In this document: piece after piece, positions 11,525 to 20,573 of the stretch | How the letters are laid out: the number at the start of each line of letters is the position of its first letter | How positions within the stretch are numbered: the stretch's first letter is position 1 | Notes under the pieces: generated by a model | The model's database searches: none | Seen by the model: the letters and a program-made list of their open reading frames with translations, nothing else | What the model was told of the DNA's origin: nothing | Made by a program: the position numbers and the translations under genes | Assembly: GCA_046085985.1 (NCBI GenBank) | Contig: JBJSWS010000206.1 | Coordinates: 7,389-71,388, forward strand | Length of the DNA: 64,000 bases | Direction of reading: 5' to 3' | From: Actinomycetales bacterium | GTDB taxonomy: Bacteria; Actinomycetota; Actinomycetes; Nanopelagicales; Nanopelagicaceae

Positions 11525-13432
11525 TCAAGAACCTTCACTTATTATCTCTCCCGTTGAAGTATCAACTTTGAAATTTGAATTTTCTGATTCGAGAGCCTGA
11601 AATATTGCGGTTGCGGTTTTCTCCCCAATACCCGGAACAGCGGCAACTTCTGTGGGATTACTTTTACGAAGCTGTGCAATTGAGCCAAAGTGCTCAAGAA
11701 GAGATTGCCTGCGAGTTTCGCCAAGGCCCGGAATTTCATCTAGAAGAGACTCCAGCATCAATTTCGAACGCTTTGAGCGGTGAAAGGTGATCGCAAATCT
11801 ATGCGCTTCATCTCGAATGCGTTGAACTAAGTAGAGGGCTTCACTGTTTCTTGGTAGAACTACTGGATAAGTTCTATCTGGAAACCAAATTTCTTCTAAA
11901 CGCTTTGCAAGGCCAACTAACGCAACATCTGTAATACCAAGTTCTGCCAGCGCCCTGGCTGCCGCGTTAACTTGTCCACGTCCACCATCAACAATCACGA
12001 GTTGGGGTGGATAAGCAAATTTTGCCCTGGTTGCATCTGAGTTCTCCCCCAAATGCAAGTCTTTCTCCGCTAAATATCTCTTAAATCGTCGGGTAATTAC
12101 ATGGTGCATTGCTCTCGTATCGTCGAACCTTTCTCTGTCGTCGATACCAAACCTTCGATAATCGCTCTTTTTGGGCTGACCATCTTCAAAAACAACCATG
12201 GAAGCTACAACGGACGTGCCTTGTATATTTGAAATATCAAAACATTCGATACGTAAGGGCAATTGCTCTAAATCCAACGCTGAAGTAAGTTCTTCCAGCG
12301 CTCTTCCTGAAACTCCAGCATCATTTGCTCGTTTGCTCAAGAACTGAATCAGCGACTGTTGTGCATTACGTTTTACTGTTTTCAATATTTCCAGCTTCTC
12401 TCCCCGCTCGGGAATGGAGATCGTTACTTTGTGATTCGCCCTCGAAGAGAGGATTTGCGCTAGTTCATTCAAATCGGGAATAGATAAATTCAAGAATATT
12501 TCATTTGGAATATCTGCGTCTCGATAAATTAAGTCAAGCGTAGCTCCAATCAGATCCTGATCTTCCAATAGGTTTGATCTGTCGACAATCCATGACCTAG
12601 AACCTACAACTCTGCCATTTCTAATCTTGAAGATTGAGGCAGCCGAGTGGGTGATGTCATCGTGTATCGAGATAAAATCTCCTGATATCGACTCTGAAAT
12701 AGCTGCGTCACTAGATTCGGTAGCAACCGCCAGCGCGTTTAATCTATCTCGTAATCTTGCTGCACGCTCGAAATCTTCTTCTGCGGAAGCTTTTGCCATA
12801 GCTTCCTTAAGATGTACTTCAATATCGTTTCCGCCATGATCCATAAATTTTATAAGTCGATCAACAGATTCACGATGCTCAATTGCATTTACTCGTGATA
12901 CGCATGGAGCGGAACATTTCCCAATGTCACCTAGAAGACAATGGCGCATGCTGCGTTTTGCTTTCTCAAAGTTACTGGCCGAACAGGATCGGATTGGAAA
13001 AGTTTCCAACAGAAGGTCATATGTCGTACGTAAGGCCCATGAATGTGCGTAAGGACCAAAGTACTTAACACCTTTGACCTTTTCGCTACGAGTAATGAAT
13101 AGCCTAGGAAATTCATCTTTAATACTTATTGCAAGATACGGGTAGGACTTATCATCTTTAAATTGAACATTAAAGGGTGGGTTCTCCTCTTTGATCCAGG
13201 TAAATTCAAGCTGGAGGGCCTCAACTTCTGAATTGACTAGCGTCCAATCAACTCGACTTGCGGCGTGGACAAGGCGTTGCGTTTTCTCTGGAACATTCTT
13301 CTGAAAGTACGAATTCAGTCGATTCTTGAGTGACTTGGCTTTCCCGACATATAAGACTTTTCCAGAGTCATCAAAAAATCTATAGACCCCTGGCTCGTCT
13401 GGAACTTCGGTAGGGCGATAACTAATTTCCAT
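11525..13432 (-). CDS. uvrC: excinuclease ABC subunit C
   Basis: 635 aa with an N-terminal GIY-YIG domain (GVYRF...VLYVGKAKSLKNR), a UVR domain and a C-terminal HhH (PGIGEKTA). Confidence 0.95.
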   Translation of the reverse strand: MEISYRPTEVPDEPGVYRFFDDSGKVLYVGKAKSLKNRLNSYFQKNVPEKTQRLVHAASRVDWTLVNSEVEALQLEFTWIKEENPPFNVQFKDDKSYPYLAISIKDEFPRLFITRSEKVKGVKYFGPYAHSWALRTTYDLLLETFPIRSCSASNFEKAKRSMRHCLLGDIGKCSAPCVSRVNAIEHRESVDRLIKFMDHGGNDIEVHLKEAMAKASAEEDFERAARLRDRLNALAVATESSDAAISESISGDFISIHDDITHSAASIFKIRNGRVVGSRSWIVDRSNLLEDQDLIGATLDLIYRDADIPNEIFLNLSIPDLNELAQILSSRANHKVTISIPERGEKLEILKTVKRNAQQSLIQFLSKRANDAGVSGRALEELTSALDLEQLPLRIECFDISNIQGTSVVASMVVFEDGQPKKSDYRRFGIDDRERFDDTRAMHHVITRRFKRYLAEKDLHLGENSDATRAKFAYPPQLVIVDGGRGQVNAAARALAELGITDVALVGLAKRLEEIWFPDRTYPVVLPRNSEALYLVQRIRDEAHRFAITFHRSKRSKLMLESLLDEIPGLGETRRQSLLEHFGSIAQLRKSNPTEVAAVPGIGEKTATAIFQALESENSNFKVDTSTGEIISEGS

Positions 13433-13439
13433 GATTTAA

Positions 13440-16283
13440 CTAGCTCGGCTTCAGTGCACTTGCCAAGAACTTACCGGTATAGCTTCTCTTATCTTTGGCA
13501 ACGAATTCGGGGGTTCCTTCAACAATAACTGTGCCGCCGCCCGATCCGCCTTCTGGGCCCAAATCAATTACCCAATCTGCGCACTTGATTACATCCAAAT
13601 TATGTTCAATTACAACGACGGTATTGCCGGTATCCACTAAGCGTTGCAGAACAGAGAGCAATTTCCTAACATCTTCAAAATGTAGACCAGTTGTTGGTTC
13701 ATCTAGTACATAGATTGTTCTTCCGGTTGAACGACGTTGTAATTCCGTCGCAAGTTTTACCCGTTGAGCTTCGCCTCCAGAAAGCGTGGGAGCAGATTGA
13801 CCGAGTCTTACGTATCCCAGCCCGACGTCACATAACGTTTTCAGATATCTATGGATTGCAGGAATCGATTCAAAGAATTCAGCTGCACGCTCGATTGGCA
13901 TATCAAGTACTTCCGAAATTGTCTTCCCCTTGTAGTGAACCTCTAAAGTTTCTCGGTTGTACCGAGCGCCATGACAAACTTCACAAGGAACGTATACATC
14001 CGGCAAGAAATTCATTTCAATTGTTATCGTGCCGTCACCTGCACAATTTTCACATCTGCCACCTTTAACGTTAAATGAAAATCTTCCTTGCTGATATCCA
14101 CGAATTTTGGCCTCGCTTGTTTCAGCAAATAGTGCTCTGACTTTGTCAAAGACCCCCGTATAGGTTGCCGGATTGGAACGAGGAGTTCTTCCTATCGGTG
14201 ATTGGTCTACATGCACCACCTTGTCCAATTGTTCGATTCCCGTAATTGCCCTATGGCGACCAGGGACAATTCGTGCGCCATTTAGCTTGTTTGCCAGGAC
14301 CGAATAGAGGATGTCGTTAACTAAAGTAGATTTTCCAGATCCGCTTACTCCAGTAACTGAAACAAATAGACCCAAGGGAATAGTTACATCAATGGATTTT
14401 AGATTATTCTCCTTAGCCTCTTTAATAACTAGAGATTTCTTAGAATTGAATTCCCGTCTCTTCTTGGGAACTGTTATCTGAGTTCGCCCTGAAATATATG
14501 AACCTGTTATGGACTTTTTGGAGTTAACTAGATCTTCTAAGCTGCCAGAGACAACAATCTCGCCACCATGTTCCCCAGCCCCCGGGCCAATATCTACTAC
14601 CCAATCGGCTGTCCTAATTGTTTCCTCATCATGTTCAACAACAATTAGAGTATTTCCGAGGTCTCGTAGATGAGTAAGAGTCTCAATTAATCTCTTGTTA
14701 TCACGTTGATGCAATCCAATTGAAGGCTCATCAAGTACATAAAGAACTCCTACTAACCCAGAACCTATCTGCGTAGCTAATCTGATTCGTTGTGCTTCGC
14801 CACCAGAAAGTGAGGCAGCTGGTCGAGCTAAGGTTAGATATTCGAGTCCAACATCTAAAAGGAATCCCAAGCGAGCATTTACTTCTTTCATAACTCGCTC
14901 GGCAATTTTGGCTTCCCGGGCACCAAGTTTTATTTCTTTGAGGAATTTGGCACAGTCGTAAATAGAGAGTTCACAAATTTCGGCAATGTTCTTACCGTCT
15001 AAAGTAACAGCAAGAACTTCCGGCTTTAATCTTGTTCCGTTACAAACTGGACATGGAGTTTCTCGCATATAAGCTTCATACTTTTCGCGACTGTAATCGC
15101 TATCTGTTTCACCATGGCGCCGCTCAATGAAGGGAATTACTCCTTCAAATCCCGTTGAGTAGCTCCGAACCCGTCCGTATCGATTCTTATACTTAACATG
15201 AACTTCATATTCGTAACCATTCAAAATAGCTTCTCGAGCCTTTGTCGAAAGTCGCTTCCATGGTGTATCCATCGAGAACTTCACATCTTTGGCGAGTGCA
15301 TCTAACAGGTTTAAAAAGTATTCAGAGGACTGGCCACCTGACCAAGGTGCGATAGCGCCATCGTTAATGGATACGGAATCGTCTGGAATTACGAGTTCTT
15401 CATCAACTTCAAGCTTTGAACCAATACCCGTGCACTGTGGACATGCGCCAAATGGAGAATTAAAAGAGAATGATCGAGGCTCCATTTCTTGAATAGAAAT
15501 TCCACAATCATGACAGGCCAAAAGTTCGCTGTAAGTGCGCTCTTTTTCAGATTTGTCTTTGGCATCAACGAACTCCAGTGTTACCAAACCATTAGCCAGT
15601 TTGAGTGCAGTTTCAATTGAATCAGTCAATCTTTGTTTTGAATCTGGCTTTGCTGTTAGCCGGTCTATAACAGCTTCGATTGTGTGCTTCTCTTGCTTTT
15701 TCAATTTTGGCGGATCGCTCAATTGGATCGTCACTCCATCAACGCGAGCACGTGAATATCCTTGAGCTGCCAGATCCTTAAATAGATCGGCAAACTCACC
15801 TTTACGGGCCCTAATTATCGGTGCTAGAACTTGAAATTTTGTCTCAGGTGGAAGTCCAAGAATTTGATCAACAATATTTTGTGGAGTTTGTTTCGCGATG
15901 GGCTTTCCGCATTTAGGGCAATGTGGTTTTCCAGCTCTGGAGAAAAGTAATCGCAAGTAATCATAAACTTCGGTGATAGTTCCAACGGTCGAACGAGGAT
16001 TGCGATTTGTAGATTTCTGATCAATAGAGACGGCCGGCGATAATCCTTCTATAAAATCAACATCTGGCTTATCCATTTGCCCAAGAAATTGGCGGGCATA
16101 AGCAGAGAGTGATTCAACGTATCTACGTTGACCCTCTGCAAAGATAGTGTCGAATGCAAGAGAAGATTTTCCCGAACCTGATAATCCGGTAAAAACAATT
16201 AGAGAATTTCGAGGCAAATCTATTGAGACATTTTTGAGATTATGTTCTCGAGCGCCGCGGACTATCAAACGATCAGCGCTCAC
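13440..16283 (-). CDS. uvrA: excinuclease ABC subunit A
   Basis: 947 aa with two ABC ATPase modules ([18 protein letters not shown]; LSGGEAQR twice) and zinc-finger Cys pairs. The GTG start overlaps the uvrB stop as GTGA. Confidence 0.97.
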   Translation of the reverse strand: MSADRLIVRGAREHNLKNVSIDLPRNSLIVFTGLSGSGKSSLAFDTIFAEGQRRYVESLSAYARQFLGQMDKPDVDFIEGLSPAVSIDQKSTNRNPRSTVGTITEVYDYLRLLFSRAGKPHCPKCGKPIAKQTPQNIVDQILGLPPETKFQVLAPIIRARKGEFADLFKDLAAQGYSRARVDGVTIQLSDPPKLKKQEKHTIEAVIDRLTAKPDSKQRLTDSIETALKLANGLVTLEFVDAKDKSEKERTYSELLACHDCGISIQEMEPRSFSFNSPFGACPQCTGIGSKLEVDEELVIPDDSVSINDGAIAPWSGGQSSEYFLNLLDALAKDVKFSMDTPWKRLSTKAREAILNGYEYEVHVKYKNRYGRVRSYSTGFEGVIPFIERRHGETDSDYSREKYEAYMRETPCPVCNGTRLKPEVLAVTLDGKNIAEICELSIYDCAKFLKEIKLGAREAKIAERVMKEVNARLGFLLDVGLEYLTLARPAASLSGGEAQRIRLATQIGSGLVGVLYVLDEPSIGLHQRDNKRLIETLTHLRDLGNTLIVVEHDEETIRTADWVVDIGPGAGEHGGEIVVSGSLEDLVNSKKSITGSYISGRTQITVPKKRREFNSKKSLVIKEAKENNLKSIDVTIPLGLFVSVTGVSGSGKSTLVNDILYSVLANKLNGARIVPGRHRAITGIEQLDKVVHVDQSPIGRTPRSNPATYTGVFDKVRALFAETSEAKIRGYQQGRFSFNVKGGRCENCAGDGTITIEMNFLPDVYVPCEVCHGARYNRETLEVHYKGKTISEVLDMPIERAAEFFESIPAIHRYLKTLCDVGLGYVRLGQSAPTLSGGEAQRVKLATELQRRSTGRTIYVLDEPTTGLHFEDVRKLLSVLQRLVDTGNTVVVIEHNLDVIKCADWVIDLGPEGGSGGGTVIVEGTPEFVAKDKRSYTGKFLASALKPS

Positions 16284-18361
16284 TTAATTCCTCCTTCATC
16301 CATGCTTCTCAATTCTCTCTTCAATTCACGAATCTCATCACGCAACCGTGCAGCAAGTTCGAATTGAAGTTCTGCGGCAGCATTTCGCATCTGCTCAGTG
16401 AGGGAATCTATTAAACCTAGTAGTTCGGCGCGCGGTAAGGCGACTAGAGATTTGGCATGAACTCCAACCGGAGTTTCAGTAGCGCCACGCTTCCCCTTTG
16501 GCAACAAATTGGCGGTATCTTCGCTCTCTTTCTCGATGAGATCTGTTATATCTGCAATCTTCTTTCGAAGTGGCGCAGGGTCAATTCCACGCTCTTTGTT
16601 ATACGCCTCTTGCTTTGCACGACGTCGATTTGTTTCATCAATCGCATTCTTCATTGAGTCGGTCAAATTGTCACCGTACATGTGAACTTCGCCAGAGACA
16701 TTTCGGGCAGCACGTCCGATAGTTTGAATCAACGAACGCGTAGATCTTAGGAATCCCTCTTTATCTGCATCGAGAATTGCGACCAGGGAAACTTCAGGCA
16801 AATCCAATCCTTCGCGAAGTAGATTTATACCGATTAACACATCGTATTCGCCAAGCCTCAGTTCTCGGAGAAGTTCGACTCGTCGCAACGTATCAACTTC
16901 AGAATGCAGGTATCGAACCCTGATTCCTGCGTTGTTGAAGTAATCTGTTAGATCCTCGGCCATTTTCTTAGTCAGTGTTGTAACCAGAACTCGCTCATTT
17001 CGTGCCGCACGAATCTTAATTTCGGACATGAGATCATCTATCTGATTCTTCGTTGGCTTCAAGACAATCTTCGGATCCACCAAACCAGTTGGTCTAATCA
17101 CCTGCTCTACATATATTCCTTTGGTTTGTTCAAGTTCGTATGGACCTGGAGTAGCTGACAGATAAATTTTCTGTGGCGTTCTTTCAAGGAATTCGGCAAA
17201 AGTTAGTGGCCGATTATCAAGAGCACTTGGCAATCTAAACCCATGTTCCACCAAAGTACGTTTTCGAGAAGCATCTCCTTCTTGCATCGCGCCAATTTGT
17301 GGCACGGTTATATGAGACTCGTCTATGACACATAGAAAATCTTCTGGAAAATAATCGAGAAGACAATTTGGTGCCGAACCAGCTTCCCGACCATCAATAT
17401 GTCGAGAATAATTCTCAATTCCGGAACAGAATCCAAGTTGCGCAATCATCTCTAAATCGAATTGCGTGCGCATTCTAAGACGCTGAGCTTCCAAAATTTT
17501 GTTCTGACTTTCTAACTCTTTCAATCTGATAGCCAACTCGGATTCAATTTGAGACATCGCACGTTTCATTGTCTCTGGGCTTGCTGAGTAATGAGTTGCT
17601 GGAAAAATGAAAACTTCATTGGCCTCGTTTACGATTTCACCAGTTAATGGATTCAAAGTCGTGAGTCGTTCGATCTCATCTCCGAACATCTCGATTCGAA
17701 TCGCTAGCTCTTCGTAGACTGGGATGATTTCGATGGTGTCACCCCTGACCCTGAAGGTTCCTCTTTCAAATGCGATGTCATTGCGTTTATATTGAATTTC
17801 AACGAATTTGCGCAAAAGGGAGTTTCTCTCAATTGAGTCTCCGACATGAATTCGAATCATTCTGTCTATGTACTCTTGCGGTGTGCCTAAACCGTAAATA
17901 CAGGATACTGTTGCTACGACCACTACATCTCGTCTTGTCAACAATGAATAAGTAGCCGAATATCGAAGACGCTCAACTTCCGAATTGATTGAAGCATCTT
18001 TTTCAATAAATGTGTCGGTCTGTGGTACGTAAGCTTCGGGTTGGTAGTAGTCGTAGTAAGAAACAAAATATTCAACTGCATTCTCTGGCATTAGCTCGCG
18101 AAATTCATTTGCTAACTGAGCTGCCAATGTTTTATTTGGAGCGATAATTAATGTTGGTCTTTGTACTTGTTCTATCAACCAGGCAATAGTTGCTGACTTT
18201 CCAGTACCTGTTGCTCCCAATAAGACAATATCTCTTTCACCAGAATTAACGCGATTCTCAAGATCGGCAATGGCAGTTGGCTGGTCGCCAGCTGGCTGAA
18301 ATTCGCTAATTACCTTAAAGGGCTGGTCGGCCCTTGGAGTTTTCGTAAGTGCCCTAGTCAT
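16280..18361 (-). CDS. uvrB: excinuclease ABC subunit B
   Basis: Helicase motifs GATGTGKS and DESH, a C-terminal UVR domain, and the conserved [12 protein letters not shown] prefer the ATG at 18361 (MTRALTK...). The ORF track extends to a TTG at 18391 inside coaE. Confidence 0.93.
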   Translation of the reverse strand: MTRALTKTPRADQPFKVISEFQPAGDQPTAIADLENRVNSGERDIVLLGATGTGKSATIAWLIEQVQRPTLIIAPNKTLAAQLANEFRELMPENAVEYFVSYYDYYQPEAYVPQTDTFIEKDASINSEVERLRYSATYSLLTRRDVVVVATVSCIYGLGTPQEYIDRMIRIHVGDSIERNSLLRKFVEIQYKRNDIAFERGTFRVRGDTIEIIPVYEELAIRIEMFGDEIERLTTLNPLTGEIVNEANEVFIFPATHYSASPETMKRAMSQIESELAIRLKELESQNKILEAQRLRMRTQFDLEMIAQLGFCSGIENYSRHIDGREAGSAPNCLLDYFPEDFLCVIDESHITVPQIGAMQEGDASRKRTLVEHGFRLPSALDNRPLTFAEFLERTPQKIYLSATPGPYELEQTKGIYVEQVIRPTGLVDPKIVLKPTKNQIDDLMSEIKIRAARNERVLVTTLTKKMAEDLTDYFNNAGIRVRYLHSEVDTLRRVELLRELRLGEYDVLIGINLLREGLDLPEVSLVAILDADKEGFLRSTRSLIQTIGRAARNVSGEVHMYGDNLTDSMKNAIDETNRRRAKQEAYNKERGIDPAPLRKKIADITDLIEKESEDTANLLPKGKRGATETPVGVHAKSLVALPRAELLGLIDSLTEQMRNAAAELQFELAARLRDEIRELKRELRSMDEGGIK

Positions 18362-18959
18362 TTTTCTTCTTGTTCCGAGGCAATAAATCAATTTCCCATA
18401 GTTGACGAACTTTTTTTTCTAGGGCTTCTAAATCGCCATTATTTTCGATTACAAAGTCAGCAATTGATTCACGTTGCGATCTGGAAGCTTGAGCCGAGAT
18501 GCGTTTTTCAATCTGATATGACTTTAAACCTCTATCCAAAAGTCTCTTGGTACGAATCTCCTCTTCAGCTTCTACGGTGATTACGAGGTCAAATCTGTCT
18601 TGCCCATTTGTTTCGAAAAGTAACGGTATTTCATTTATCACTATGGCATTTTCGGGCGAGCGTTGAATAACTCGTGTAGAAAGTTCTCGAACTTTGGGAT
18701 GAATTATTGCTTCCAGATCTTTACGCGCCGATTCATCGCTGAAGACAAGTTCGGCAAGCTTTGAGCGACTTATTTCTCCGTCAACGAGAATTTCATCCCC
18801 AAATCTAGCCAAAACTTCATCAAAGCCAGAGGTGCCCCTCTCTATGACGTCACGTGCTAATTGATCTGAATCAATGACAATTGCGCCAAGTTCACCAAGA
18901 ATTTCTCCTACTGCGGATTTACCGGATCCAATTCCGCCCGTAAGTGCGATCGATAGCAT
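18354..18959 (-). CDS. coaE: dephospho-CoA kinase (single-domain form)
   Basis: 201 aa starting [12 protein letters not shown] (P-loop). Conserved coaE-uvrB neighbourhood. Ends in TAG. Confidence 0.9.
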   Translation of the reverse strand: MLSIALTGGIGSGKSAVGEILGELGAIVIDSDQLARDVIERGTSGFDEVLARFGDEILVDGEISRSKLAELVFSDESARKDLEAIIHPKVRELSTRVIQRSPENAIVINEIPLLFETNGQDRFDLVITVEAEEEIRTKRLLDRGLKSYQIEKRISAQASRSQRESIADFVIENNGDLEALEKKVRQLWEIDLLPRNKKKND

Positions 18960-19012
18960 GTAATCAATCCTTGAGTAGTCTTGAAGGAATTCTGTTACTT
19001 CGATTTACATCA

Positions 19013-19052
19013 GATAAAACAAGAACTGGACCAGGAATTACTGGTCCAGTTC
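19013..19052 (-). terminator. rho-independent terminator downstream of the rpsA reading frame
   Basis: Perfect 12-bp inverted repeat GAACTGGACCAG / CTGGTCCAGTTC (19023-19034 and 19041-19052) with a 6-nt loop. On the minus strand it is followed by TTGTTTTAT. Confidence 0.65.
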
Positions 19053-19061
19053 TCATAACGC

Positions 19062-19433
19062 TTATTCGGCTGCTTGTTGATCTGATTGTTCTGGCGCCGA
19101 TGTTGCGGCGGCTGCATCTGCAGCTTGGGCTTCTGCCTTTTGTTTCTTATGCGCCATGAAACGAGCTTGAGCTTCCGCGTATTGACGCTCCCATTCTTCA
19201 CGTTGCGCTTCAAAGCCTGGTTGCCACTCTTGTGTTTGTGGATCAAAGCCTTCTGGATAGATGAAGTTCCCATTTTCATCGTATCTAGCTGGCATTCCAT
19301 ATTGAGTTGGATCAAATGCTTCGACAGGTACGTCTTGACCTTCGTTTGCTTGCTTCAATGAGAGAGATATTCGACGACGTTCAAGATCAATATCAATAAT
19401 CTTGACGAATAGTTGATCTCCAACTTGAACTAC
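19062..19433 (-). pseudogene. rpsA: continuation of the rpsA frame after an in-frame TAG (rest of S1 domain 4 plus C-terminal tail)
   Basis: Same frame as 19434-20423. The translation VVQVGDQLFVKIIDIDLERRRISLSLKQANEG...YGMPARYDENGNFIYPEGF... is the canonical actinobacterial RpsA C-terminus. The ORF-track 'M' at 19358 is an internal Leu (TTG). Confidence 0.8.
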
Positions 19434-20423
19434 CTATTCTGGAATTTCAACATGGCGTTCAGCTAATTCTGAAATATGTACCAATCCTTCAATACCGTCA
19501 AATACCTTTATACAAGCACCGAATGGGACAAGTTTGGTTACTTCACCTGGCACGATTTGATTGATCGTGTGTGTGCGAGCAAATGCTTGCCATGGATCTT
19601 CTTGAGTTGCCTTTAGAGAGAGCGAGACTCGTTCTCTTTCAAAATCAACTTCTAGAACTTCAACGGTCACTTCATCGCCCACCTCGACTACTTCGCCTGG
19701 ATGATCAATATGCTTCCAGGAGAGTTCGGAGACGTGGACAAGTCCATCGACACCGCCAAGGTCTACGAATGCTCCGAAGTTAACGATTGATGAAACAACG
19801 CCAGTACGTACTTGGCCCTTTTGTAGTTGATTTAAGAATGTAGTCCTTGATTCTGACTGTGTCTGCTCTAAGTATGCACGACGAGATAAAACTACGTTGT
19901 TGCGATTCTTGTCGAGCTCAATGATTCGAGCTTCGACTTGCTTACCAATGTATGGCGAAAGATCGCGAACGCGTCGCATTTCTACAAGAGAAGCAGGTAA
20001 GAACCCACGAAGACCAATATCTACGATTAAGCCACCCTTAACAACTTCAATGACGGTACCAATAACAACTTCATCGCGCTCCTTCTTGGCTTCAATTTCT
20101 CCCCAAGCCTTTTCATATTGTGCGCGCTTCTTTGAAAGAATTAAGCGTCCTTCTTTATCTTCTTTCTGAAGAACTAGAGCTTCGATTCGCTCTCCAATTT
20201 TTACAAGTTCACTTGGATCAAGATCATTTCTAATTGAAAGTTCTCGAGAAGGAATAACGCCTTCAGTCTTGTATCCAATATCCAAAAGGACTTCGTCGCG
20301 GTCAACTTGCACAACAACGCCAGTGACCAAATCACCATCATTAAAATTCTTTATTGTTCCTTCGATTGCTGCTAGAAATTCTGCAGCTGAACCAACATCA
20401 TTAACTGAAATTTGAGTAGACAA
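19434..20423 (-). CDS. rpsA: 30S ribosomal protein S1, N-terminal 329 codons ending at a premature in-frame TAG
   Basis: Four S1/OB repeats are recognisable (e.g. GVVSSIVNFGAFVDLGGVDGLVHVSEL, GIEGLVHISELAERHV). The TTG start is preceded by GGAG. The stop at 19434-19436 lies inside the fourth S1 domain. Confidence 0.9.
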   Translation of the reverse strand: MSTQISVNDVGSAAEFLAAIEGTIKNFNDGDLVTGVVVQVDRDEVLLDIGYKTEGVIPSRELSIRNDLDPSELVKIGERIEALVLQKEDKEGRLILSKKRAQYEKAWGEIEAKKERDEVVIGTVIEVVKGGLIVDIGLRGFLPASLVEMRRVRDLSPYIGKQVEARIIELDKNRNNVVLSRRAYLEQTQSESRTTFLNQLQKGQVRTGVVSSIVNFGAFVDLGGVDGLVHVSELSWKHIDHPGEVVEVGDEVTVEVLEVDFERERVSLSLKATQEDPWQAFARTHTINQIVPGEVTKLVPFGACIKVFDGIEGLVHISELAERHVEIPE

Positions 20424-20573
20424 TTTTCTCCGGGGGTACTTCTTCTAGTAGGGCACGCTTTAGATCCGACTCCAGAAACTGGGCATTTCCTACTATGTCT
20501 TAGGCGATGCAAGAATCCAATGCGAGGCTCGTAGAGTACTTATGCCTCAAGCACAAGGCAATTTCGAGCCTTA

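Noticed and set aside
19010-19361. The 101-aa (minus) and 91-aa (plus) ORFs as independent small genes downstream of rpsA.
   Set aside because: They are alternative-frame or antisense shadows of the region that clearly encodes the conserved RpsA C-terminus in the rpsA frame, and their composition is low-complexity.
19434-19436. Genome-wide reassignment of TAG to a sense codon.
   Set aside because: coaE (18354-18356), ileS (42359-42361) and yggT (42371-42373) all terminate at TAG at the expected protein lengths. TAG therefore still functions as a stop codon.
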